Position numbers and translations under genes: made by a program
Shown: positions 36,142 through 46,815 of the stretch, in pieces
Layout: each line of letters opens with the position of its first letter
How positions within the stretch are numbered: position 1 is the stretch's first letter
Assembly: GCA_902613995.1 (NCBI GenBank)
Contig: CACMJG010000003.1
Span: forward strand, 70,054 to 134,053
From: an uncultured Alphaproteobacteria bacterium
Lineage (GTDB): Bacteria; Pseudomonadota; Alphaproteobacteria; Methylaequorales; Methylaequoraceae
DNA: 64,000 nucleotides
Reading direction: 5' to 3'
The notes under the pieces: generated by a model
Told to the model about the DNA's origin: nothing
What the model saw: the letters and a program-made list of their open reading frames with translations, nothing else
The model's database searches: none

Positions 36142-37444
36142 GTTTTTTTCCCTGTGGGACAGGAATTACTTCATTTTCAGACATAGCTACCTTTCCATTC
36201 ACAATTGTGAAAATAGGCATACCTTTTACAACCACATTATCGTAGGGCGTCCACTTTGATTTACTTTGAATCCAATTATTTGTAATTCTAAATTTTTTAT
36301 TCATATCAATAACAGTTAAATCTGCATCATACCCGATATCAATTCTTCCTTTATTTAAAACTTTGTATATATTACAAGGATTGGTGCACAGCAATCTAAC
36401 TAAATCAAAAATTGAAAGTTTATTTTTGTTAACAAAATCAAGCATTATTGGAAGTAATGTTTGAACTCCTGGCATCCCGGATGGAGAGTTAGGATACTCT
36501 TTACTTTTTTCTTCTAATGTATGTGGGGCATGATCTGAACCAATTACGTCAATAACACCAGTTTGGACTCCTTGCCAAATAACCTTTGAGTGACTTTTAT
36601 CTCTTATGGGAGGGTTCATTTGTGCAAGTGTGCCCAACCTTTCATAACATTCTTGGCTATGGAAAAATAAATGTTGCGGTGTTGCTTCGCATGTAGCAAT
36701 ATCTTTATTGGATTTTAACAAATCAACTTCATTTGCGGTTGATAAGTGCAGGATATGTATTTTTTTTTTTGAAGTTCTTGCAGCTTTTAAAAGCCTGGTA
36801 GTACTCATTACAGCTGATTCAACATCTCTTAAAACGGGATGATCTGAAACTAAGATTTTTTTATTTAAAAAATCTTTCTTTCTTTGTTTTAATCTGTATT
36901 CATCTTCACTATGAACTGCAACTGTTTTTTTTGCTCGCTTTAAAATTTTAATTATGCTTTCATCATCTTCTACTAATAGATCACCTGTTGAGGATCCCAT
37001 AAAAATCTTTACACCGCAACAACCTGAGAAACTCTCTAATTCATTTATTTCCTCTATATTTTCTTTAGTAGCTCCTATAAAAAAACTAAAATTACAAAAA
37101 CCACTTTTTTCAGCAATTTTAAATTTGTTAGAAAGTTCTTTAAGATTTGTGGTAGGTGGTTTGGTATTTGGCATTTCAAAAATTGAAGTTACGCCACCTA
37201 AAACAGCACCCATTGTACCATGAAAAATATCTTCTTTGTGTGTTAATCCAGGTTCTCTAAAATGAACTTGAGTATCAATTGCACCTGGAATAACTAACAG
37301 GTTTTTTATATTGATAATCTTTTGAGATGAACTTCTACTTAAATCTCCTATCGCATTAATTTTGGAATCACAAATTCCAATGTCCAACTCTTCAATTTTA
37401 TTATTAGGTAAGACAACACTTCCACCCTGCAAAATTATATCCAA
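36125..37444 (-). CDS. pyrC: dihydroorotase (cyclic amidohydrolase)
   Basis: DTQVHFREPG metal-binding motif; 439-aa amidohydrolase pattern including GSDHAPH. Confidence 0.87.
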   Translation of the reverse strand: MDIILQGGSVVLPNNKIEELDIGICDSKINAIGDLSRSSSQKIINIKNLLVIPGAIDTQVHFREPGLTHKEDIFHGTMGAVLGGVTSIFEMPNTKPPTTNLKELSNKFKIAEKSGFCNFSFFIGATKENIEEINELESFSGCCGVKIFMGSSTGDLLVEDDESIIKILKRAKKTVAVHSEDEYRLKQRKKDFLNKKILVSDHPVLRDVESAVMSTTRLLKAARTSKKKIHILHLSTANEVDLLKSNKDIATCEATPQHLFFHSQECYERLGTLAQMNPPIRDKSHSKVIWQGVQTGVIDVIGSDHAPHTLEEKSKEYPNSPSGMPGVQTLLPIMLDFVNKNKLSIFDLVRLLCTNPCNIYKVLNKGRIDIGYDADLTVIDMNKKFRITNNWIQSKSKWTPYDNVVVKGMPIFTIVNGKVAMSENEVIPVPQGKKLKFDY

Positions 37445-37467
37445 TGAAACTCCTATTCTTATATAAC

Positions 37468-39210
37468 TTAGTTACAGTCCGCTAGAATATCAAAAAAATT
37501 ACCTCTTTTCTTTATACCTTTGATATTTACAAGATACCAAGAGGTAAAGAATATTATATGCCAAAGAGGTTTAACAAATTTTTTATTTATTCTTGTAGCA
37601 TTGCAAATTTTTACTATCTCGTCTTTTGAAAAATATTCTTTCAAAAAATCTTGTTTCAATAACAATTCCCGTAAAAAATTGATTTTCTTTGGAATCCATT
37701 CATGTATTGGAACGGTAAAACCTTTTTTTTTTTCAAAGAAATTATAATTTTGTATATTTGAATTTAGAAACTTCCTTATGTAAAATTTACTTACACCATT
37801 ATAAATTTTCTCTTTATCACTAATGTAAAAAAGTTTGTTAAACAATTTTTTATCGATAAATGGAGTTCTTCCCTCCATCGAAAATGTCATTAAGCATCTA
37901 TCTAATTTTACAAGAAGGTTATTAGGTAACCAATTGTAGTAATCAAAAAGTTGAAAACTTTGTAGTCTAGTAACCTTGTTCTTTAAAAAAAAACTATTAA
38001 GATTTTTTAACTCGTACTCCCAGTTTTGAAACTTTTTACTACCAAGTACATCATTAAATGCACCTTTTGGTAAATAATCTTTTTTCCCAAACAATACTCT
38101 TTGACTTTTTTTATAACGTCCGTACCCTCCAAACAGTTCGTCACCTCCTTCACCCGTCAAAGCAACTTTATATTTTTTTGAAGCGATTGAAGCTAGTTTT
38201 AGGGTTGGTAAAATTGCATAATCGGCAACTGGCTCATCTATTTTTTCAGCTGCTAAGAAAATCCAATTCCAAAAATCATCCTCAGAAAATTTCACCTTTA
38301 CTAAATCCACATTATATGTTTGTGTTATTTTCTCTAAACTTTTAGAAGTATCTTTATCAAAAGAGATTGAATATGCAGTAACATTCTCTTTTTTGAGTTG
38401 ATGTACATAATGTAAAAGGAGCATTGAATCAATTCCACCTGAGAAAAAAATACAATAAGGTACATCACTTCTAAGATGACTTGACACAGATTCTCTAAGG
38501 CTTTTGTCTAAAGAAGCAATTAATTCAGCATCATTTATACTTTTCTTTTTCTGAGTAAAAGAACTAAGACAACTTTTTATTATCTTACCTCTTTTAATTA
38601 CAAGAATTTGTCCAGGCGCAACTCTCTGAATTCCTTCATATAATGTTTCGGTTCCAGAAGAGTATTGCAATTGCATATATTCATATAATTTCCAAACATT
38701 AATATTAGGAATTGATTTTTTTAATGAAACAATTGGTTTAGTTTCTGAACAAAATGCAATTCCGTTTTTCATCAAACTGAAATAAAGTGGCTTGATGCCA
38801 AATTCATCTCTACCAATAATCACTTCGTCAAGTTTTTTATCATAAATTATAAATGCGTACATGCCTCTTAAAAGTTTTAATCCATCAATCCCATTGTGTT
38901 GATATAATGCCAAAATTGACTCAGAATCAGAATTTGTGACAAATTTATATGTTCGATTTTTTTTTCTTATTTCAGGGTCATTGTAAATTTCACCATTAGC
39001 CACTAAAACATATCTCTTATTTTGAATTGGCTGATTGCCTCCTTTTATGTCTACAATGGACAATCTGGTATGAATTAAATCTAAATGTGGATTTTTAAAA
39101 AATCCAGTGTTTTCTGGACCTCTATGAGAGAGATATCTTTCTGTATTAAAAAATCGTTTTGAAATTTTTTTATCAGGTTTGATATATGAAAAACCAGCTA
39201 TTCCGCACAT
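37468..39210 (-). CDS. asnB: asparagine synthetase B-like glutamine amidotransferase
   Basis: MCGIAGF Ntn start and the FFSGGIDS PP-loop. First gene downstream of the glycosyltransferase string. Confidence 0.88.
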   Translation of the reverse strand: MCGIAGFSYIKPDKKISKRFFNTERYLSHRGPENTGFFKNPHLDLIHTRLSIVDIKGGNQPIQNKRYVLVANGEIYNDPEIRKKNRTYKFVTNSDSESILALYQHNGIDGLKLLRGMYAFIIYDKKLDEVIIGRDEFGIKPLYFSLMKNGIAFCSETKPIVSLKKSIPNINVWKLYEYMQLQYSSGTETLYEGIQRVAPGQILVIKRGKIIKSCLSSFTQKKKSINDAELIASLDKSLRESVSSHLRSDVPYCIFFSGGIDSMLLLHYVHQLKKENVTAYSISFDKDTSKSLEKITQTYNVDLVKVKFSEDDFWNWIFLAAEKIDEPVADYAILPTLKLASIASKKYKVALTGEGGDELFGGYGRYKKSQRVLFGKKDYLPKGAFNDVLGSKKFQNWEYELKNLNSFFLKNKVTRLQSFQLFDYYNWLPNNLLVKLDRCLMTFSMEGRTPFIDKKLFNKLFYISDKEKIYNGVSKFYIRKFLNSNIQNYNFFEKKKGFTVPIHEWIPKKINFLRELLLKQDFLKEYFSKDEIVKICNATRINKKFVKPLWHIIFFTSWYLVNIKGIKKRGNFFDILADCN

Positions 39211-40280
39211 GATTTTATTATTCTCCTAAAAAAACTTAAATAATTAGAAACGATAACTTCTTCAGAATAACTTTTTTTGTAAACATTATAAGCATTCATA
39301 ATAATTTTTCTCTTTAATTTTTTATCTGAATTCAAATTCTTAATCTTACTCACCAAATCAAATGTATTATCTTTTTCAAATTTAATTCCAGTCGTTTTAT
39401 GTTTTACAATTCTACCTGGACCACCAACATCTGAAACAACTACTGGTATTTTATGCGCCCACCCCTCTATCACAATATTTCCAAATGGCTCATGTCTGGA
39501 CGGGCATACAAGAATAGAGCATTTATTTAAAAATTCTGATATGTTATCACTCCATTCGAAAATTTTAACTCTTGACATTAAATCAAATTTTTTAATTAAA
39601 ATTTCGTATTGAGATTTCAGTTCACCCTCTCCAACAATAAATAATCTGAATTTAGGTAAAAAAGGCATTGCCTTTATAAGAATATCTATAGCCTTATTAG
39701 GATGAAATCTACCCATACAAAGAATAATTCTATCTTTTCTATCTTTATTAATTTTTGATTTTGTTTTATCTATTTTATTCTGAGAAACAAAGTTAGGTAT
39801 AAATTCAACCTTATTTTTATCCCATCCCTTGGATATCACATATTTCTTCAAGTCAGAAGTATTTGTAATTAAATAATCACATTTTGTATAATTTTTAATT
39901 TTATAATATCCCCCTAATCTGCCAACAGTTATTTCATTGTTAATTTTTATATTAGGAATTACACTGGATGCCCTATTCATCCAACTTAAAAGGATATTTG
40001 GTTTGTATTCTCTGATAATCTTTTCAATTTTAAATGTACAAAATGGGTTTAATTTATGAAAAAAATTTATTTTCTCTATTTCATTTATTCCATCTATAAA
40101 TTTTTTCGATCTATTTCTATTGTTTCGTATTATTATTTTTTGCTCAATTTTGTTACATCTTTCAAAAGATAAAGCGAGTCTCTCAAAAAAAAGCTCGGCA
40201 CCTCCATATTTAGAACCAGACATTATATTTAATATTTTTATTTTAGGACTTTTAACCATTTTTTTGCAATTTGTGACCAA
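39198..40280 (-). CDS. glycosyltransferase family 1
   Basis: C-terminal GT-B motif EPFGNIVIEGWAHKIPVV. The start may be the internal MVKSPKIKIL. Confidence 0.8.
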   Translation of the reverse strand: MVTNCKKMVKSPKIKILNIMSGSKYGGAELFFERLALSFERCNKIEQKIIIRNNRNRSKKFIDGINEIEKINFFHKLNPFCTFKIEKIIREYKPNILLSWMNRASSVIPNIKINNEITVGRLGGYYKIKNYTKCDYLITNTSDLKKYVISKGWDKNKVEFIPNFVSQNKIDKTKSKINKDRKDRIILCMGRFHPNKAIDILIKAMPFLPKFRLFIVGEGELKSQYEILIKKFDLMSRVKIFEWSDNISEFLNKCSILVCPSRHEPFGNIVIEGWAHKIPVVVSDVGGPGRIVKHKTTGIKFEKDNTFDLVSKIKNLNSDKKLKRKIIMNAYNVYKKSYSEEVIVSNYLSFFRRIIKSCAE

Positions 40281-41272
40281 TTGTAATAATTTTTATGTTT
40301 TAGCGACTCAATATTCATTTTTTGCCATAAATTGTCGTTATTGAGTAAATTTATTGTATTCACACAGAAATCTTTATCATCTTCACATACAAAACCTGTT
40401 TTTTTATTTATTACTCTTTCCTTTAAACATCCATAATTTCTTACAACAGCAGGAACACCAAGCATTTGGGATTCTGCCACTGCCATGCAGAAAGTTTCAT
40501 CATCACTACCTTTATAAACAAATACTCTTGATGATTCTATTTCTTTAAAAAGCTTTTTTCTTTCAATTGGTTTATGAATAACAACTCCTTTATTTTTTAA
40601 TGATTTTGCTTTTATAAGAATTTCTTTAATCTTTTTTGAATGTTTTCTTCCAAAAGATCCATAAGTTTCAAAACCAGAATAGACTTTCAATTTTGCATTT
40701 TTACAATTTGGAAAAATATTTTCTTCCCATTGAGTTAATAACCATTCCAAACCTCTCATAGGATTAGATGTAAATATTGCGTCTTTATTTAAATTTTTAG
40801 TTCTTTTTTTTTGAAAAAGATAATCATCAATTCCATAAGGTATTACAATTCTTGCTTTAGCAGGAGCCCACCAAGGATAGGATTTTAGATGATATATACT
40901 TGAAAAAATAATTTTAAATTTATGTACAAATAATTTTGACAAATATCTGTATTTTAGAAGATATTTAGCAGGATTATGAATCCAAAAAATTCTTTGTTTA
41001 CATTCTTCTCTGAAATTAAGATATTGATCACCCCTATTAACCACCAAAACTTCAAAATCTTCATATTCCAATTCTTTTCCAATTCTTTTCCATTTAACAC
41101 CGTTTATTGAACCTTCGTTAATACAGTTATTATAAACAGTCACCTTTAACCCAAGTTTAGCTAAACTTTCTACAAGCGAAACAAAAGCTACTTCTGCACC
41201 ACCAAATGGCTTTTCTCTTAAAACTAGTGAATCAAATTCAATTCCATTATCTATAAACAAAACCCTAGTCAT
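40238..41272 (-). CDS. glycosyltransferase family 1
   Basis: MTRVLFID opening and the ETFCMAVAESQMLGVPAV GT-B motif. Start set at the internal Met (the track start is 41320). Confidence 0.78.
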   Translation of the reverse strand: MTRVLFIDNGIEFDSLVLREKPFGGAEVAFVSLVESLAKLGLKVTVYNNCINEGSINGVKWKRIGKELEYEDFEVLVVNRGDQYLNFREECKQRIFWIHNPAKYLLKYRYLSKLFVHKFKIIFSSIYHLKSYPWWAPAKARIVIPYGIDDYLFQKKRTKNLNKDAIFTSNPMRGLEWLLTQWEENIFPNCKNAKLKVYSGFETYGSFGRKHSKKIKEILIKAKSLKNKGVVIHKPIERKKLFKEIESSRVFVYKGSDDETFCMAVAESQMLGVPAVVRNYGCLKERVINKKTGFVCEDDKDFCVNTINLLNNDNLWQKMNIESLKHKNYYNWSQIAKKWLKVLK

Positions 41273-42017
41273 TCTTCTCTTTATATTTAAGATATGAAAA
41301 TATCGGATAAAGAGAAGCAACTAGTGCTATTAGAAATCCAATGTGTTTTTCTTTGTAGCCTTTTCTTAAAAAAAAACATTTCCAAAATCTCGAAAAAATT
41401 CTTCTAACATTTTTATTCAGTGATTCACTTTTTTTGTAGTTGACAAGATCTAATGCTTTTGCAGACGAATAAGAATCTAGTTTAACGAAAAGATCAAAAA
41501 CACTTTTACAATAGTAATGATGAAGTTTGTTTTTAAGTTTTTTTCCTTCTTTACCTACTAATTTTATTTTAGGGTGCACTCTTTGGTTTCCCCAGACTTT
41601 TTTGTTTTTTTTAAAAAGTCCAGAATAAGCAGATTTTCCAAAATAAGCTCCCCATCCATAGACAATTTCTTTCTTACCAAGAAAATTTTTCACTGGAATT
41701 GTGTGCCAATCACTATCACTTGAATTGATTGTTTCTAAAATTTCTTTTGAAAGCTTCTTCGGCACTCTCTCATCAGCGTCGATTTCTAAAATCCACTCCT
41801 TTGAGCATTTACTTATACCAAAATTTCTTCTTTTTCCCTCAATATTCCATTTTCCACAGAAAAATTTTCTTGTATATTTTTTTACTATTTTTTCTGACTT
41901 GTCTGTACATCTATCTAAAATTACAACTATCTCATCGGCAAATTTAACTGATTGCAAACATTCTTCTATTTGTTTTTCCTCATTATTAATTACAATTAAA
42001 ACTGATAATCTTTTCAT
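41265..42017 (-). CDS. glycosyltransferase family 2
   Basis: LSVLIVINNEE opening and the EIDADE motif. Confidence 0.78.
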   Translation of the reverse strand: MKRLSVLIVINNEEKQIEECLQSVKFADEIVVILDRCTDKSEKIVKKYTRKFFCGKWNIEGKRRNFGISKCSKEWILEIDADERVPKKLSKEILETINSSDSDWHTIPVKNFLGKKEIVYGWGAYFGKSAYSGLFKKNKKVWGNQRVHPKIKLVGKEGKKLKNKLHHYYCKSVFDLFVKLDSYSSAKALDLVNYKKSESLNKNVRRIFSRFWKCFFLRKGYKEKHIGFLIALVASLYPIFSYLKYKEKND

Positions 42018-42985
42018 TTATTATTCACTAAATTTTTCATAACATTTTCAAAAACTTTTTGTGTTTTTATATCCATCATCAATGAGCCACATTTCTTCGA
42101 ATCGAATCCTTCATAACCCATCAATTCCTGAGGAGTCTTTGTACTTGAAATGACAATATTTCCTTTTCCCCATGGTTTATATTTAAATTTATCACTTGGT
42201 CCAAAAAGACCAAATGTTTTAATATTTGCTAAGGAAGCCATATGCATTAATCCAGAATCATTTCCTATAAATAAATTACAGTGTTTCATAATATTAAATA
42301 TTTCAATAAGGGTAGATTTCCCAAATAAATCTAGAATATAATTCTTTTTCTTATCAAGTATATTTCTGACTAAATATTTCTCATTCGCTGGACCAACAAA
42401 TAAAAATAAAGATTTTCTGAAATAGGGTTGTTTGTGCAAAATATAAACTAATTCTAAGAACCTTTCAGAAGGCCAAGTCTTCCCAATCCAATTTGCAGTT
42501 GGAGCAATCATTATTAATTTATGATTTTTTCTTAATTTTTGAATTTCTCTGAGATTATCATCTTTAAAATTTAACATAGATTTAATTTTAATTGATGGAT
42601 TAATTATTTTACCTGTAACAGATTTAGTAATCTCTTCAACTTTGTGATTTTTTTTTGTTTGATTTTTTTTTTTATAAATATATTTGTATTTTGAAAATAG
42701 AAACAAACTTATACCTGTACCTCTTAAATCAATAATATACTCCCATTTAATAAAAATTAATTTAAACCATAATAAAAACCAGTGATATGCAAATTTTCTT
42801 TTGTTCAAAGTAATTAAATGATCTATATTTTCACAATACTTAAACAACTCTGATGGCACTTTCCCGCAAACTAACGTAATTTTATTGGTAACTTCTTTTT
42901 TAAAGAACTGATGAAGCCCAGACGACATTATTGAATCACCCAGCCTATTTGATGATATAATGAGTATCTTTTTAGTTTTATTCAT
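42014..42985 (-). CDS. glycosyltransferase family 9 (heptosyltransferase-like)
   Basis: RLGDSIMSS N-terminal motif and the GNDSGLMHMAS motif typical of RfaF/RfaC-type enzymes. Confidence 0.8.
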   Translation of the reverse strand: MNKTKKILIISSNRLGDSIMSSGLHQFFKKEVTNKITLVCGKVPSELFKYCENIDHLITLNKRKFAYHWFLLWFKLIFIKWEYIIDLRGTGISLFLFSKYKYIYKKKNQTKKNHKVEEITKSVTGKIINPSIKIKSMLNFKDDNLREIQKLRKNHKLIMIAPTANWIGKTWPSERFLELVYILHKQPYFRKSLFLFVGPANEKYLVRNILDKKKNYILDLFGKSTLIEIFNIMKHCNLFIGNDSGLMHMASLANIKTFGLFGPSDKFKYKPWGKGNIVISSTKTPQELMGYEGFDSKKCGSLMMDIKTQKVFENVMKNLVNNK

Positions 42986-43020
42986 ATTGTTAAATTGTAA
43001 AAATTTAATAAATTAGTATA

Positions 43021-43899
43021 ATGTTTAACAAAAAAGAATTTCACAAACTTGAAAATAAATCAATAATCAAAATCTTTGGTAGAGATAAATTCTCTTTTAT
43101 TCAAGGAATCATATCAAACGACGTAGAGATTTTAAAAAGAAAAAGTTCAGTTTATTCATCAATCCTCTCTCCTCAAGGAAAATTTATTGTAGATTTCTTC
43201 TTATCGATTTATAAAGAATTTATTTTATTGGAATTAAATGAAGATCAAAAAGATCACATTGTAAGAAAACTAGAAATTTACAAATTAAGGTCAGATGTTT
43301 ATATCGAAGAAGAGAGGACCATTAGTGTTTTTCTAATCTCAAATGATTCCGAAGAAAATTTAAAAAAATTAAAGAATGATTATTTCTGTTTTGAGGACCC
43401 TAGGTTCAAAAGTTTATTTAAAAGAATTTATATATTTGAAAATTCTAATAAAGTTAATTTAGATGAATATGATCTTAAGAAAATATCACATTCAGAATAT
43501 AACGATTTGAGACTCAAACATTCAATTCCCGACTTTAAATACGATATTATTAAAAATAAATCTCTTCTACTGGAGATGAGATTTGACGAGTTAAACGGTA
43601 TTTCTTGGACCAAAGGTTGCTACATGGGACAAGAAATAACTGCGAGAATGAAATACAGAAATCTTATAAAGAAAAAACTTTTTAAAATTAAAATAAACTT
43701 TAAAAAAAAGATTAGTGAGGAAATTAAGTTTAATGAGGAAGTGGTTGGTTATATAACGAGTCATAATTATAAAGAAGGTTTAGCTTATATTAATTTAAAG
43801 TCTATAAATGAATTGTTTAAAAAAAATTTAATTAGTGGAGACTCAACTATAAGGTTAGAAAAAATTTGGTGGAGTTGCGATCAACCACTTAAAAATTAA
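43021..43899 (+). CDS. ygfZ: folate-binding protein YgfZ (GcvT-like)
   Basis: WTKGCYMGQE signature motif. Confidence 0.85.
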   Translation: MFNKKEFHKLENKSIIKIFGRDKFSFIQGIISNDVEILKRKSSVYSSILSPQGKFIVDFFLSIYKEFILLELNEDQKDHIVRKLEIYKLRSDVYIEEERTISVFLISNDSEENLKKLKNDYFCFEDPRFKSLFKRIYIFENSNKVNLDEYDLKKISHSEYNDLRLKHSIPDFKYDIIKNKSLLLEMRFDELNGISWTKGCYMGQEITARMKYRNLIKKKLFKIKINFKKKISEEIKFNEEVVGYITSHNYKEGLAYINLKSINELFKKNLISGDSTIRLEKIWWSCDQPLKN

Positions 43900-44788
43900 A
43901 TTTACTCTTTAACTCTTTAAGCTTTGAAAAAGGTGAATTCTTATAAGAAACATTTTTTTTTATTCTTTCAAGTCCCTTGTCCCCAAAATCTTTTGATATA
44001 CAACTGTAAAGCCAATTAATATCCTGATTTATTCTTAACTTATCTAATCTTTTATTTTCATTCAACCACTTCCATCGTAAGTTTAACTCATCAAATAAAT
44101 TATCAAAACCAATATTTTGAGCAGATGAGGTTTTAATAATTTTTATTTCCCAATCATTTTGATTTTGGAAATAAGCTTTACTTCCTGATAAATCAGAGTA
44201 TGTAATTTCAGATAAATTCTTAATATCGCATTTTGTTACAACTACGATATCGGGAATCTCGAAAATTCCAGATTTCATGAACTGTATTGAATCTCCACTA
44301 CCTGGTTGTACCCCTAAAATTACAGAATCTGAAAGGTTTTTAATAAAGGTTTCTGATTGACCAACCCCAACGGTTTCAATAATTAGAAAATCAAACATTG
44401 CTCGCATTACAACCATTGAAGGATAAGTTAGTTCTGATATCCCTCCTAAAAAACTTTTTGATGCCATAGATCTCACAAATACATCATTATCAGAGGGATT
44501 TAACATTAGTCTGGTTCTATCTCCCAATAAAGCTCCCCCTGACCTTTCTGATGAAGGATCAATAGCAATAATTCCCACTGATTTATTCTTCTTTCTGATA
44601 TGCTTTACCAATTTATCAATCAATGAAGATTTGCCAACACCAGGTGATCCTGTAATTCCAATAACATGAGCTTTGGATTTAGAATGCAATTTATCAAGTT
44701 TAGAAATTATTTCTTTTGACTCAAAATTAGTCTCGACTTGTTCCAAGAGATTTGAAAGTTCAATTTTTTTTTTAAAATTATTGGCCAT
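43889..44788 (-). CDS. meaB: MeaB/ArgK family G3E GTPase
   Basis: GITGSPGVGKSS P-loop, ETVGVGQSE and VVTKCD motifs. Confidence 0.85.
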   Translation of the reverse strand: MANNFKKKIELSNLLEQVETNFESKEIISKLDKLHSKSKAHVIGITGSPGVGKSSLIDKLVKHIRKKNKSVGIIAIDPSSERSGGALLGDRTRLMLNPSDNDVFVRSMASKSFLGGISELTYPSMVVMRAMFDFLIIETVGVGQSETFIKNLSDSVILGVQPGSGDSIQFMKSGIFEIPDIVVVTKCDIKNLSEITYSDLSGSKAYFQNQNDWEIKIIKTSSAQNIGFDNLFDELNLRWKWLNENKRLDKLRINQDINWLYSCISKDFGDKGLERIKKNVSYKNSPFSKLKELKSKFNF

Positions 44789-46815
44789 TAAATTTCAAGT
44801 AAGGAAAACCTATAATTATCATTTAAAACTTGATGAAGCTTATTAACTAGAATTTTTCTATTTGTTCTAATTTTTACGTTATCATCATTAACTATAACAT
44901 TGTCAAAAAAGTTATTGATTGTTTCGCTTAATTGATAAAGATAATTAAAATTTTCAAAAATAAAGTCATGCTTTGATTCATCAACATTTTTTTTTATATA
45001 ATCAATTAGATTATAAAAATTTTTTTCTTCTTCTTTTTTTAACAGAGAAACTTCAACACTTTTATTTCCTACGTTTTCATTTAAAGAATTAAGTCTTTTA
45101 AAGGCTTTGAGAAAGTTTTTTCCATCTCTTGAATTATACAATTCTGTCATTTTCTTAGCTCTTATAATGATTGCATATGGATTAAACTTTTTGTCAATAG
45201 AAGCTATTATTATATCATTTCTGAATCCCATTTCCTTAAAAAGATTGACAATTCTTTTTTGAAAAAAGTCAAATAAAAAACCAAACTCAATTTTTAAATT
45301 TACATTTTGAACTAAATATAAGTTTTTATGAAAATCAAAAAGTTCAGAAAAATTTAGGTTGATCTTCTTATCTATGCATATCTTAATTATAGATAATGTT
45401 GATCGGCGGATACCAAACGGGTCACCAGCACCGGTTAAGCTTTCTTTTGTCACAAAATAACCAAGGATAGAATCAAACTTCTGGGATATTGAAAGAATAA
45501 AAGTTAAAAAATTATCATATGACTTGGAAAACTCGTATTCATATTGATCTGCGAAAGCTTGAGAAACAGTTTTTGGGAAATTTTCAAAATTTGCCAAAAA
45601 CCCTCCAACTTTACCCTGTAAAGTGGGGAACTCTTTCACTAATTCTGAAGCTAAATCAGTATTTGCATATATTAAAAAATTCTCAAATTGATCATCCTTC
45701 TTACCTAATTTTTCGTATATAAACTTTATAACACTTTTAATTCTTTTTGCTCTATCATAAAGTGATCCCGCTTGCTCATAGAAAACTATTTCTTTCAATT
45801 GATTTACTCTATTAATTAAACCTTTCTTTTTGTCTTCATTAATGAAAAAGGCTGCATCACTAAATCTTGCCTTCAGTACATTTAAGTTTCCTTCAATAAG
45901 TTTATTATGTTTTTTAACCTTGATTCCAGATACAAATCCAAAATAATTAGAAAGTTTATTATTTTTTTCTTCAAAAATAAAATAATCTTGTTTGTCTGAC
46001 ATAATATTTTTCAAAAGAAATTCTGGAATTTTAAAAAATTTATTATCAAAAGAACCAAAATATACATTAGGAAATTCAACGGAATTTGAAATCCGCTTTA
46101 ATAAAGATGAGTCATTGATAAATTTAAGATTATTTTTTTTACAAAAAACATCTATTTTTTTTAGAATATGTTTTTGTCTAGTTGACCTTTCGAGCATAAC
46201 AAAGGTTTTTTTTAATTTCGCTCGATAATTTAAATAGTTAGAATACTGAAATTTTCTTTCTTCAAAGTGATAATTTCCAAATGAAAAGTTATTAGAATCA
46301 AGGTTAGCAAATTTTATTTTTAATAATTTATTATTAAAAATGCAGAGTATATTTTTAATTGGTCTTATCCACCTATCATTATGGTTTCCCCATCTCATTG
46401 ATTTAACCCATTTTATAGATTGCAAAATTTTTGGAGTTTCTGTTTTGAGAATATCTGAAATATTTTGTTTCTTTGTCTTTTTCTTTAAGACAAAATAAGA
46501 TTTGTCCTTGATAACTTTTGTTTCTAATTTGTTTATATTTTCAAGATTATTTGACTTTAAAAAACCCTGGATTGCCATTTGACTAGCATCTACTTGCGGC
46601 CCTCTAACTTCGATTTGTTTAGAATTTATATAATTATTTAAACCATTAACATAGACTACAACTCTTCTAGAAGTTGAAAAAGTAAGTAAATCTTTATATT
46701 TAATTTCATTATCTTCGAGAAGATGACTAAATAATTTTTCAAATTGATTTTCAATTAAACTTTGTGCTGAAGATGGTATTTCTTCTCCATAGATTTCAAG
46801 AATAAAGTCAGACAT
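44788..46815 (-). CDS. glyS: glycyl-tRNA synthetase beta subunit
   Basis: MSDFILEIYGEEIP opening; 675 aa. Overlaps glyQ. Confidence 0.93.
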   Translation of the reverse strand: MSDFILEIYGEEIPSSAQSLIENQFEKLFSHLLEDNEIKYKDLLTFSTSRRVVVYVNGLNNYINSKQIEVRGPQVDASQMAIQGFLKSNNLENINKLETKVIKDKSYFVLKKKTKKQNISDILKTETPKILQSIKWVKSMRWGNHNDRWIRPIKNILCIFNNKLLKIKFANLDSNNFSFGNYHFEERKFQYSNYLNYRAKLKKTFVMLERSTRQKHILKKIDVFCKKNNLKFINDSSLLKRISNSVEFPNVYFGSFDNKFFKIPEFLLKNIMSDKQDYFIFEEKNNKLSNYFGFVSGIKVKKHNKLIEGNLNVLKARFSDAAFFINEDKKKGLINRVNQLKEIVFYEQAGSLYDRAKRIKSVIKFIYEKLGKKDDQFENFLIYANTDLASELVKEFPTLQGKVGGFLANFENFPKTVSQAFADQYEYEFSKSYDNFLTFILSISQKFDSILGYFVTKESLTGAGDPFGIRRSTLSIIKICIDKKINLNFSELFDFHKNLYLVQNVNLKIEFGFLFDFFQKRIVNLFKEMGFRNDIIIASIDKKFNPYAIIIRAKKMTELYNSRDGKNFLKAFKRLNSLNENVGNKSVEVSLLKKEEEKNFYNLIDYIKKNVDESKHDFIFENFNYLYQLSETINNFFDNVIVNDDNVKIRTNRKILVNKLHQVLNDNYRFSLLEI

